NCBI GenBank assembly: GCA_038065035.1
Contig: JBBTRV010000007.1
Span: 2,382 to 66,381, forward strand
Direction: 5' to 3'
DNA length: 64,000 nucleotides
Source: Patescibacteria group bacterium
Lineage (GTDB): Bacteria > Patescibacteriota > Minisyncoccia > UBA6257 > UBA9933
Made by a program: the position numbers and the translations under genes. Positions within the stretch are counted from its first letter, which is position 1, and every line of letters starts with the position of its first letter. Shown here in pieces: positions 27,401 to 36,746 of this stretch. The notes beneath the pieces were generated by a model that saw only the letters and a list, made by a program, of their open reading frames with translations, was not told the DNA's origin and did no database searches.

Positions 27401-28234
27401 ATGACTAAATTAGGACAGCATTTTTTAATAAATAAAAAAAAGATTCTAAAAATTGTTGAAACGCTGGAGTTAAAAGATGGCGACACGGTTATTGAAATCG
27501 GGCCAGGACACGGAGAGCTCACAACGGCGATTATCGAAAGATTAGAAGATTTAAAGATTGAAAGATTTAAAATTGTCATTGTTGAAAAAGATAGAGAATT
27601 AGTTCGGGCCTTGGAGCAGAAATTTAAAACTAAAAATAAATTAGAAATTTTAGAAGGCGATATTTTGAGAATTTTACCAGAAATAATTTTTCAATTTAGC
27701 AATCTTTCAATTAGCAATTATAAACTTGTTGGCAATATTCCTTATTATATAACAGGATACTTATTGAGAATCTTGGGAGAATTAAAGAATAAGTCTTTGT
27801 TAATTGTTTTACTAATTCAAAAAGAAGTGGCGGAAAGAGTTTGCGCGAAACCGTCAAAAATGAATTTGCTTGCCGCTAGCGTTCAATTTTGGGCGGAGCC
27901 GAAAATAATCGGCTATGTTTCCAAAAAAGATTTCCGGCCCCAGCCGAAAGTTGACAGCGCGATTATAAAGCTAAAAGTTAAAAGCGAGAAGTTAAAAATT
28001 AAGCCGGAAGATTATTATAAATTTATCAAGATTCTTTTTAAACAGCCGAGGAAAACTATTTTAAATAATTTAATGGCGGGAGTAAGGAATAAGAAATTGA
28101 AAATAAAGGATAAAAAAGGAATTATGGAAAAATTATCTAAAATCGGCATTAATCCGCAAGCCAGGCCGCAGGATTTGAGCTTGGAGGAAATTGTTAAGTT
28201 AACAGCGTTGTTTGAAGGCGAAAAAGTGATATAA
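27401..28234 (+). CDS. rsmA: 16S rRNA m6,2A dimethyltransferase
   Basis: LGQHFL, EIGPGHG.LT, VGNIPYYIT, QKEVAER, F.P.PKVDSA. Confidence 0.95.
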   Translation: MTKLGQHFLINKKKILKIVETLELKDGDTVIEIGPGHGELTTAIIERLEDLKIERFKIVIVEKDRELVRALEQKFKTKNKLEILEGDILRILPEIIFQFSNLSISNYKLVGNIPYYITGYLLRILGELKNKSLLIVLLIQKEVAERVCAKPSKMNLLAASVQFWAEPKIIGYVSKKDFRPQPKVDSAIIKLKVKSEKLKIKPEDYYKFIKILFKQPRKTILNNLMAGVRNKKLKIKDKKGIMEKLSKIGINPQARPQDLSLEEIVKLTALFEGEKVI

Positions 28235-28251
28235 TAAAGGTAATTTAATCA

Positions 28252-29877
28252 ATGAATAATTATCTTTCCAATATCTTCAATAAGATAGAAAATTTAGATG
28301 TTTCCTTTAAATTGTTTTTAACGGCTTTTTTCAGCATTGTTTTTCTGCGCAGCATTCTGGAAGGTTTTTCAGACCCGGGTTTTCATGGCCCTTTTATGGG
28401 GTGGACAACTTTATTGCTGCATATGCCGATTTGGTTTGCATCAGTTTTTGTTTGGCTGTTGATATTATTAAAAGTTTTAACAAAATCTCCAATTGAAAAA
28501 CTAGCTAAAGTTCAGCTTTTATTTTTTCCTATTATTTTATTTCCGCCTTTGTTTGATTTAATCATTACTCGCGGCATCGGCAAATTTTTGTCTTATATTT
28601 TTGTCAGTAATATTGGGGAATTGGGAGAATATTTCATAAGGTTTTTTTTACAGCCGACAATTAGTTTGGGTATTCGGTTAGAAGCGGCAATTGTTTTTTT
28701 TGTATTTGGCCTTTACGTCTACTTCAAAATAAGAAAAACATCTATCGCGATTGTCGGCGTTTTTTTAACCTATGTTATTCTTTTTATTTTCGGCAGTTTT
28801 CCAAGTTTTCCGGCGATAATTTATTCATTGAGCGGCTTCGATATCAGTCCTATTATTTTTTATCAGATATTGGCCGCCAAAAGCCATAATATTCTAATTG
28901 CGCAGAATTATCTGTTTCCTCAGCAAAATTTTTCTGAAAAGTTTAGAGATTTTTTTAATTTAATTATTTCAGCTCAAATTTTTATCAGCTTGGCTGTCGG
29001 CCTGATAATGTTATTTTTTCTTTGGAATAAAGATAAATTTTTGGCATTTATAAAAAATATCAGACCATTAAGATTATCGCATTATTGGTTCATGTTTTTG
29101 ATCGGAATTATTATTGCTTATTCTCTTTTTGGTTTTTTACCGTCCTTTAATTTTTATAATTTATTGGCCTTAGTATTGATGCTAATTGTTATCGCCTTGC
29201 TTTGGCTGACGGCTGTTGGAGGAAATGATATTTATGATATTGAAGCGGATCGTCTTTCAAATCCCCAGCGTCCTTTGGTCTTAAATAAAATAACAATTTC
29301 AGAAGCAAAAAATTTCAATTTTATCCTTTTTTTATTATCTATTATCGGTGCTTTAATTATCGGCTATCAGTCATTCGTTTTAGTATTTTTCAGCCATATT
29401 GTCGCTTTTTTATATTCCTCGCCGCCGTTTAGATTAAAAAAAATTTTAATTTTAAATTCTTTTTTAATCGCTGTTGCCTCATTGGCTATGATATTGAACG
29501 GCTTTTTTTGGATTGTGCCGGAGTTAAAATTAACGCAGTTCCCTCTTAATTATCTTATTTTAGCGCTTCTTGGCGGGACTTTAGCTATTAATTTTAAGGA
29601 TATCAAAGACATTGAAGGCGATAAGAAAACAGGAGTTAAAACCTTGCCGGCAGTTCTAGGGATGGAAAAGGGAAAATTCATTATTGGAATCTTGTCTTTT
29701 ATTGCTTATCTTTTGGCGCCGGTTTTTTTGAAAGAAATCGGGCTATTATTATTGGCGGGAATCTTTGGAATAATATGTTTTATTTTTATCACTAAGAGCA
29801 GATTTAATGAAAAATTGGTATTTTTAACACATTTTATTTATATCTTTTCGATTATTATGTTTTATTGGCTAAAATGA
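28252..29877 (+). CDS. UbiA-family prenyltransferase with an extra N-terminal multi-TM domain
   Basis: NDIYDIEAD...P.RP, YSSPPFRLK, KDIKDIEGD...G.KT. Confidence 0.85.
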   Translation: MNNYLSNIFNKIENLDVSFKLFLTAFFSIVFLRSILEGFSDPGFHGPFMGWTTLLLHMPIWFASVFVWLLILLKVLTKSPIEKLAKVQLLFFPIILFPPLFDLIITRGIGKFLSYIFVSNIGELGEYFIRFFLQPTISLGIRLEAAIVFFVFGLYVYFKIRKTSIAIVGVFLTYVILFIFGSFPSFPAIIYSLSGFDISPIIFYQILAAKSHNILIAQNYLFPQQNFSEKFRDFFNLIISAQIFISLAVGLIMLFFLWNKDKFLAFIKNIRPLRLSHYWFMFLIGIIIAYSLFGFLPSFNFYNLLALVLMLIVIALLWLTAVGGNDIYDIEADRLSNPQRPLVLNKITISEAKNFNFILFLLSIIGALIIGYQSFVLVFFSHIVAFLYSSPPFRLKKILILNSFLIAVASLAMILNGFFWIVPELKLTQFPLNYLILALLGGTLAINFKDIKDIEGDKKTGVKTLPAVLGMEKGKFIIGILSFIAYLLAPVFLKEIGLLLLAGIFGIICFIFITKSRFNEKLVFLTHFIYIFSIIMFYWLK

Positions 29878-29951
29878 TGATTAAAACATAGACAAAGATA
29901 AGTTATTCACATTGTTTTCATCGGTGATATAAGTTATTCTTACTATTAGGA

Positions 29952-30803
29952 ATGAAATTTTTTAAAGTAGTGGCAACGATTCTAATTTTCAGCGGCGGAA
30001 TAGCCGGTACTTATTTAATTATTAAAAATTCTGATTCGGAAATCAGCAATATAGACTTAAGTTCATTGAAACAGTCAATAAAAGACTCAGTAAGCGATAA
30101 TCCCCTTGTGTGGCTAGACAATATTTCTGCAACAAGTTCTTTAAATGAAGCAATTTTCAATGAATCTCAAGAAAAATATAATGCAAATAGTCTTCAATCT
30201 TTTAATTTAACCAAAATAGCGTCTCAATCAATATTTAGCAAAGCGCAGGAAGCGAGTCAAAACGGGAATGATTCTGTTGCGTTGCTTACTCAGAATGATT
30301 TAGAAATTCAAGTGGCGATTCAGGAAACTCTTGATTCATTTACCGACCCATTATCAATTTTTTATGATCCTGTTTCTGAAAATAATTTAGCGATTATTGA
30401 TGATAATTCTTTGCAAGCCCAAATAAAATATTACGAAGATTATCAAGAGATTATAAAAAGAGCGTTTGACAATTTTAAAAAAGACAGCGGTGAAATTTTA
30501 CGCGATGTTTTTGAAAAAAAAGATTTTTCCTCCGCACAAAAGGCGATGGAAATTTATAAAACCTTAGCTGATAATTTTATTAAACTCATTGTTCCGTCAA
30601 GTTTGGTGGAATTTCATATAAAAAATATCCAACATTATCAAAATGCTTATTTAATTTACCGAGCAATTTCTCAATATTCTCAAGACCCTCTTAAAACTTA
30701 TTTAGCAGTTAAGGCTATTCCTCAGCTCTATGGTGAAACCGAAGAAATTCAAAATTTATTTAAAGAAATATTAGAAGAGCGGACAAAAGAATTTAATTTA
30801 TGA
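29952..30803 (+). CDS. Membrane-anchored/secreted hypothetical protein, first gene of the T4SS-like cluster
   Basis: N-terminal TM helix; stop overlaps the next start. Confidence 0.7.
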   Translation: MKFFKVVATILIFSGGIAGTYLIIKNSDSEISNIDLSSLKQSIKDSVSDNPLVWLDNISATSSLNEAIFNESQEKYNANSLQSFNLTKIASQSIFSKAQEASQNGNDSVALLTQNDLEIQVAIQETLDSFTDPLSIFYDPVSENNLAIIDDNSLQAQIKYYEDYQEIIKRAFDNFKKDSGEILRDVFEKKDFSSAQKAMEIYKTLADNFIKLIVPSSLVEFHIKNIQHYQNAYLIYRAISQYSQDPLKTYLAVKAIPQLYGETEEIQNLFKEILEERTKEFNL

Positions 30804-32398
30804 AAAATTCAATAAACTACAAAAGAAAATTATTAATATTTTTTTTAGTTACTGTCTTTTTTTATGGTTTATCAGGATTTTTATATTATCCTGCTCAGGC
30901 GGGGATTGCTTCAGGTAGCATAATAAACGATCCTATACATACCGTTGAAACTCTTTTGCAATCGATTTGGGATAAATATATAGCAAACTGGGAATTTTGG
31001 AGGGATCAGGTAATAGATAGTATTGTGGCGCGGATTATTAATGATTTTAACGAAGAAACGGTTAAATGGGTTCAGGGAGTTGGTGATAAAAAAGGCCCTA
31101 AATACGTGACTGATTGGGAAGATTTTGTAAAACAAGCGGGAAAAACCGCTGAAGATCAGGTTATTCAAGATGTTGGTTTGGCGCGACTTTGCTCTCCGTT
31201 TAGTGTACCGGTTAATATTTCTCTTCTTCCGGTTCAAAGGTTTCAAGATAAAATTTCCTGCACTTTTAACGATATTGGCCAGAATCTTGAGGATTTTTAT
31301 GAAGATTTTCGAAACGGCGGTTGGTTGGGATATTCGGAGAGTTGGAAACCGGAAAATAACTACTTTGGACAGATGATAATGATTCATGATCAATTAGTAA
31401 TGGAAACCGCTAAAAAACAAGAAGCGGCTAGTAATGAAGCTTTGGCAAGTAGAGGATTTTTATCAGTGAAAAAATGTGTTGAACAGGGACCAATAGATCC
31501 AATTAAAAGGAATGAAATATTTGATAGTTGTTTTGCCGGTTACAATTATGATCCCGATAAAGCTAGTGATTGCGCGGACAAGGCCGATAAAGAAGCGGCT
31601 ATTTGTGAAAAAGAAGAAATCATCACTCCGGGAGATGTCGTGGCTGAAGCTATGGGCGATGTGGTTCGGTCTGATAGAGAGCGCGTTTATAATAGCCGTT
31701 CTGAAAAAGCTTTATATAATTTAATTGCAAATATTACTAATGCCGCTATTAATCGGGTAGTGAAAGATGGAATTGGTTATGTAAAAGAACAGATGAGCGA
31801 TGATGAGAAAAAACAAGCTGATCAGGATTATAAAGATATGATTGATAGGGATAATATTAGAAAGAAAAAAGAAATGATAACTGAAATTAACAAATTAGTT
31901 ACAGAATGGCAATATATTCTTGGAAGAAAAGATCGGTCGCCTACTAATTCTTCTCTTTCTTATTCGCAACAAACTCTTGCCGCTTTACAGGAAATTCAAA
32001 GACGCAATAAATTGGCCAGCCAGTCGCAACCTCCTTCTTTATTGCCTTCTTGTAATCCGCCGGTTTCAGATAGCGATATAGCTCAAATTCAGGCAGAGGT
32101 TAACCGGTTAGATGCCGAAGTCAGCGATTTGGAAACAAAAATTAAAGAAGCCAATGATTTGATTACGGAAATCAATAATGTTGATTTAAATAACATCCGG
32201 GCAAATTCTTTAGTGCAGGATAAATATTTCCAATTTACGCAGAAATACAGCAATGATGAAACAATAAGCGGAATGGTTACCGGTTCAAACAGGAAGGCGG
32301 CTGATAGCGAGCGCAATGATAAGCGAACAGAATTTAACGGCGCGCAAACAAGATTAAATACTTGTATTCAAATCCAATCGATGAATTCAGCCCCATAA
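30800..32398 (+). CDS. Secreted Cys-containing coiled-coil protein of the T4SS-like cluster
   Basis: Signal peptide (..PAQA), LCSPF/SCTF/GGW motifs, C-terminal coiled coil. Confidence 0.7.
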   Translation: MKNSINYKRKLLIFFLVTVFFYGLSGFLYYPAQAGIASGSIINDPIHTVETLLQSIWDKYIANWEFWRDQVIDSIVARIINDFNEETVKWVQGVGDKKGPKYVTDWEDFVKQAGKTAEDQVIQDVGLARLCSPFSVPVNISLLPVQRFQDKISCTFNDIGQNLEDFYEDFRNGGWLGYSESWKPENNYFGQMIMIHDQLVMETAKKQEAASNEALASRGFLSVKKCVEQGPIDPIKRNEIFDSCFAGYNYDPDKASDCADKADKEAAICEKEEIITPGDVVAEAMGDVVRSDRERVYNSRSEKALYNLIANITNAAINRVVKDGIGYVKEQMSDDEKKQADQDYKDMIDRDNIRKKKEMITEINKLVTEWQYILGRKDRSPTNSSLSYSQQTLAALQEIQRRNKLASQSQPPSLLPSCNPPVSDSDIAQIQAEVNRLDAEVSDLETKIKEANDLITEINNVDLNNIRANSLVQDKYFQFTQKYSNDETISGMVTGSNRKAADSERNDKRTEFNGAQTRLNTCIQIQSMNSAP

Positions 32399-32404
32399 AA
32401 CATT

Positions 32405-33871
32405 ATGAAATCTTTTGGAACTAAAAAAATATTTTTAATAATTCTGCTGATAATAGCAATATTGGGCTTTGGTGGAGTTAAAACAACCCATGCTTTTTTT
32501 GATGTTTCATTAGCTGATCTTGTGTCTAGTGTTGTTACGTTTCCTGTTCAGGTTATAGCTTATATTTTCGGCTATATTGCTAAAATTTTATTTACTCTTG
32601 GTGGTTTGCTTATAGAATTAGGCTTGAACGTTAATGAGCATTTATTAGATGATGCTTCGCCGGTAAAATATGGCTGGAATATTGTTTTGCAATTTACGAA
32701 TCTTGGCTTTGTTCTGGCGATTATTGTCATTGCTTTCGCCACGATTTTAAGAATGGAAAGTTATGGGATGAAAAAAATTCTTTGGAAACTTGTTGTGGCC
32801 GCCTTACTGGTGAATTTCAGCTTAGTAATTGCCGGAGGATTTCTTAATATTTCTCAAATTTTAACAGATTATTTTTTGTCTAAAGCTACATTAGAAGGTC
32901 AGGGATTTTCTTCTTTTTCGGAAAATTTTGCCGCTATGTTCAAAATTCAAGCTTTTTTTAAAGTCGCAAGCGTAACAGAAGGCTTTGATGATAGTGTATT
33001 ATCAGGAGCTGCAGCGATTGGAAATACATTTGGCGCGGGAGTTTTAACGAATATAGCTTCACTTGCCTTATTGACTTCTTTTACTTTGATCGGCGCGCTT
33101 GTTTTATTAGCGGTGGCTATAATGCTTTTGATTCGTTACGTGTATATGGCTATTTTGTTGATTGTATTGCCGGCAGTATGGTTAGCCTGGATTTTTCCAA
33201 ATACTGATAAACATTGGAAAGAATGGTGGGATAAATTTATTAGATGGACATTTTTTCCGCCAATAATGCTTTTTTTCTTATATTTGGATGTTTATATAAT
33301 GGAAACCCAAAAGGAATATGTAAAAGGCATTGTTGCGGGCGTTAATCCTGCGGCAAAGAGCAGTCTTGGCCTTACTTTTGGCTTTGATGCGATTGGAAAT
33401 CTAATTATTATTTTTGGTTTAGTTATAGGAGGACTTTTAGTGGCTAATAAATTAAGCATTATTGGAGCAAAAGAATTTTATGGTGCGGCGCAGGGAGCGA
33501 ATAAAAGCCTTGCTCATTGGACAGGGAGACTTCCATTAAGGGTTGGATCTAGAGGGCTAAAGAAAATTGATGAAAAATGGGGAGAGAAAATAAAAACGAA
33601 AGGAGAAGAATGGTCTCAAAAAAGTAAGTATGATCCTAGAAGATGGTTTGCTGGCGGAATTAAAGAAGCTAGTAAAGGCATAAAAAGGGGAGCTGTTTAT
33701 AAACCACCAAAAGAATACGCTACTTTTTGGGGTAGTACTTGGGGTGGTATGAAAAAGGGATCGGGGTTATTCAAGAAAAAGAAACAGCAATTTAAGGTGA
33801 TGACTGATAAAGGCGAAACAACTCTTGAGGGAGAAGCGGTTGAAGAAAATAAAGAAGAAAAGAAAGCATAA
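32405..33871 (+). CDS. VirB6/TrbL-like polytopic membrane protein
   Basis: GW.IV..FTN..F, LVVAALLVNFS, IRYV...L....P, W..WW..F; context next to PrgI and VirB4. Confidence 0.7.
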   Translation: MKSFGTKKIFLIILLIIAILGFGGVKTTHAFFDVSLADLVSSVVTFPVQVIAYIFGYIAKILFTLGGLLIELGLNVNEHLLDDASPVKYGWNIVLQFTNLGFVLAIIVIAFATILRMESYGMKKILWKLVVAALLVNFSLVIAGGFLNISQILTDYFLSKATLEGQGFSSFSENFAAMFKIQAFFKVASVTEGFDDSVLSGAAAIGNTFGAGVLTNIASLALLTSFTLIGALVLLAVAIMLLIRYVYMAILLIVLPAVWLAWIFPNTDKHWKEWWDKFIRWTFFPPIMLFFLYLDVYIMETQKEYVKGIVAGVNPAAKSSLGLTFGFDAIGNLIIIFGLVIGGLLVANKLSIIGAKEFYGAAQGANKSLAHWTGRLPLRVGSRGLKKIDEKWGEKIKTKGEEWSQKSKYDPRRWFAGGIKEASKGIKRGAVYKPPKEYATFWGSTWGGMKKGSGLFKKKKQQFKVMTDKGETTLEGEAVEENKEEKKA

Positions 33872-33886
33872 AAATCAATAAATAAA

Positions 33887-35458
33887 ATGGATTATTCATT
33901 AATTACTGAACAACAAGCGCAAAAAAAATATAATTCTTTGCCTGATAAAATTAGGAATGTTTTAGATTCAGAAAATAGCGTTATGACGGTGGGCCAGATA
34001 TGTCGGAAGCATCATTTAGATGATGAAAGAATATTGATAGTTAATCAGTTAGTAGCGCTGATTTTATTAGGTTTTGTTTCGCCAAATGATTTTAGTCAGG
34101 AGATTATGGATAATACTCATTTGAATTATCAGCATTCTGATGATATTGCAAAAGAGATTTATGAGAAAATTTTCGCGCCGATTAGAAGCGAGATTGATAA
34201 AATTTATTCGCCAGTTCCACCTATTGCATCTTTGGTAAAAAAAGAAATGCCGGCCGCGGAGATCAAGGAAAAAGAGATTTTGAAAATAACCGAAGATAAG
34301 GAAGAACACCTCATTGATTTGCGGACTTTTGAGAAGAATATTAATCAACAACTAATAACTGACAACCAACAACAAATAATTTCAAAAGTTGAGAAACCGC
34401 CTGAAATCAAAAAAGAACTACCACAAGTTCCTTTACCAAGTAAAGAGAATACTGAAGCCACTCTGCTTACTAAATCTTTAGTAGAGGCAGGTCCAATGAT
34501 TCTTCATAAAGAAATTGAGACTAAGCCGACTTTGGGCAAGCAAAGGTCTTTAGGCGGATTATTCGGATTTTTGAGAGCGCAGAGATTAGGAGAAGCGAAA
34601 ATTGATAAGCAAAAGCCAGTAACAGCAGAAGTGGAAATTCCTATTTTAGAGTTGCCGAAGCCCTTCGACATTGCTCGGGGCAAGCCGTCTGTGGTGAGCA
34701 AAGTCGAACTACCGAAAGTGGTTCATTATAGCGATTTGAAAACGTCGGTTATTAAACCTATAACCGATAACTTACAACCGACAACAATTAAAATATCGGA
34801 AGTGTCGTTACCACTAGCGCCAAAACCTTTTGACATGACTCAGCGGGAGAAACTAGAAAGTAAAAGCAAGATTTTTGAATCAGAAATAGAAAAAGCCAAA
34901 GCAGCCGGATTGATTATTAATAATCAATCTCGAATAGCAGTCCCGCAAAGCGGGACGCTACGGGGTACACAGCCGCCGATAAGCGACCAGCAATTCAATA
35001 TTGAAGAAATACCGGTTGAGATTGAAGAAATTCCAAGAAAAAGTTTTTTCAGCAAAATTCTTCAGTTTTTCACTGGTTTGTTTGTGACGAAGAAAAAAAT
35101 TATTAAAGAAGTGCCAGAGCAAAAAGAAAACTTGATTTCTAAACTTGCGCAAGAAAGAAGTAGGGGGGAAATTTCTATGCCTTTGCCGCCGACGCCGCCA
35201 GCAGCCAAGGCCGAATCACCAAAGAGAGGATTTGAATTTCCGCTGGAATTTAAGCTGCCGGAGCTCAAGAAAAATAATCAATTACCGGCAGTCAATAATC
35301 AACAGCCAATAACTGATAATTTACAATTAAAAGAGCTTGAACCGCCGGAGGTTCACGAGGCGAGAGAAAAACAGCAGCCAATAATGGCAAAACCAGAAGA
35401 ATCTAAAGCGAGCGATGAAGAAATTATTGATTTAAGGACATTTCAAAAAATAAAATAA
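33887..35458 (+). CDS. Hypothetical, largely low-complexity Pro/Glu/Lys-rich protein carrying many repeat insertions
   Basis: Folded-looking N-terminal ~105 aa; IDLRTF motif occurs twice. Confidence 0.75.
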   Translation: MDYSLITEQQAQKKYNSLPDKIRNVLDSENSVMTVGQICRKHHLDDERILIVNQLVALILLGFVSPNDFSQEIMDNTHLNYQHSDDIAKEIYEKIFAPIRSEIDKIYSPVPPIASLVKKEMPAAEIKEKEILKITEDKEEHLIDLRTFEKNINQQLITDNQQQIISKVEKPPEIKKELPQVPLPSKENTEATLLTKSLVEAGPMILHKEIETKPTLGKQRSLGGLFGFLRAQRLGEAKIDKQKPVTAEVEIPILELPKPFDIARGKPSVVSKVELPKVVHYSDLKTSVIKPITDNLQPTTIKISEVSLPLAPKPFDMTQREKLESKSKIFESEIEKAKAAGLIINNQSRIAVPQSGTLRGTQPPISDQQFNIEEIPVEIEEIPRKSFFSKILQFFTGLFVTKKKIIKEVPEQKENLISKLAQERSRGEISMPLPPTPPAAKAESPKRGFEFPLEFKLPELKKNNQLPAVNNQQPITDNLQLKELEPPEVHEAREKQQPIMAKPEESKASDEEIIDLRTFQKIK

Positions 35459-35462
35459 TGCG

Positions 35463-36089
35463 ATGCAATTTCAAGTACCTCAATTTATCGATATTGAAAA
35501 TAAAATTGTCGGGCCTTTGAGTTTGAGGCAGTTTTTGTATGTGGCCGCCGCCGGCGGATTGAGCTTTTTGCTTTTTTTCCTGGATATTTTTAAGTTGTGG
35601 AGCTGGGTGATGCTCAGCGCTGTTTTGGTCGGCCTAGGCGCGGCATTGGCATTCGGCAAATATAACGGCCAGCCATTTCCTAAAATAGCGCTTCGGGCTT
35701 TTAGTTTTTTTGTAAGGCCCCGGCTTTATCTATGGCGAAGGGAAATTGAGGAAATAACCATTGATGTGCCGGAAATAAAGATTCCTGAAATTTTGCAGAA
35801 GCCCTTGGAAAAAGAAGCGAAAAAATCAACTGTTAAATTTCCAGCAATGAAACATCTTGAAATTCCGGCGGAAAATGTCGTAATCAAAAGAAAATCCTTG
35901 AAAGAATATTTTCCGGATATGCCGTCGGTGAAAAATTTGATGCTTAATTTAATGACTACTAAATCGCCGATTCCCAAAAGGGAAAAGCCTCACTTGCTCA
36001 ACTGGGGTCAAGTGCCGAAAGAAAAATTTGAGATTTTAAAGAGAATAACCGGAGAGAAAGAAATGGCAAGGCGAGTAGATTATAAATAG
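35463..36089 (+). CDS. PrgI family protein
   Basis: MQFQVPQFIDIE.KIVGPL.LRQF plus two TM helices. Confidence 0.85.
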   Translation: MQFQVPQFIDIENKIVGPLSLRQFLYVAAAGGLSFLLFFLDIFKLWSWVMLSAVLVGLGAALAFGKYNGQPFPKIALRAFSFFVRPRLYLWRREIEEITIDVPEIKIPEILQKPLEKEAKKSTVKFPAMKHLEIPAENVVIKRKSLKEYFPDMPSVKNLMLNLMTTKSPIPKREKPHLLNWGQVPKEKFEILKRITGEKEMARRVDYK

Positions 36090-36104
36090 TATATAATAAT
36101 ATAT

Positions 36105-36746
36105 ATGACACAAAATGTTTCCACGCAACAATTCGTTGATATTGAATCCGTTAAAAACGGCGTTTTGGTTTTAAAAAACGGCAGTTTGAGGAAAATTTTA
36201 ATGGTTTCCGGAATTAATTTTGACCTTAAGTCGGAAGAAGAACAGGGCATTATTATTAGCGCGTTTCAGAATTTTTTGAACACTTTGGAATTTTCCATCC
36301 AATTTCTTGTGCATTCAAGAAAAATGAATATTTCCGCTTATCTTGAAAAGCTTCAGCAAAGGGAAACTCAGGAAGAAAATGGGCTGTTGAAAAATCAAAT
36401 TTCCGAATATGTTGAGTTCGTCAGAACGTTCGTGGAAAATAACGCCGTGATGGCGAAAACTTTTTTCGCGGTGGTGCCTTACGATTCTGTTCAAATTTCC
36501 AAAATCGGCGGTAATATTTTGTCAAATGTGAAATTTTGGCAGAAGAACAAAAAAGTTGAAATAAAAGACGAAGATTTAGAGCAAAAAATTATGAGGATTA
36601 ACCAAAGGACAGAACAGGTAAGCAACGGTTTAAATCAAATCGGCCTTCGGGCGGTGGCTTTAAACGATGAAGAACTGACGGAATTATTTTATAATTTATA
36701 TAATCCCAGCGATATGGAGAAAAAGGAAATAAAACATGGAAATTAA
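36105..36746 (+). CDS. VirB4-associated protein (TraC/VirB4 N-terminal-like)
   Basis: STQQFVDI, INFDLKSEEEQ, FLNTLEF.IQ, YNP; directly upstream of VirB4. Confidence 0.7.
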   Translation: MTQNVSTQQFVDIESVKNGVLVLKNGSLRKILMVSGINFDLKSEEEQGIIISAFQNFLNTLEFSIQFLVHSRKMNISAYLEKLQQRETQEENGLLKNQISEYVEFVRTFVENNAVMAKTFFAVVPYDSVQISKIGGNILSNVKFWQKNKKVEIKDEDLEQKIMRINQRTEQVSNGLNQIGLRAVALNDEELTELFYNLYNPSDMEKKEIKHGN

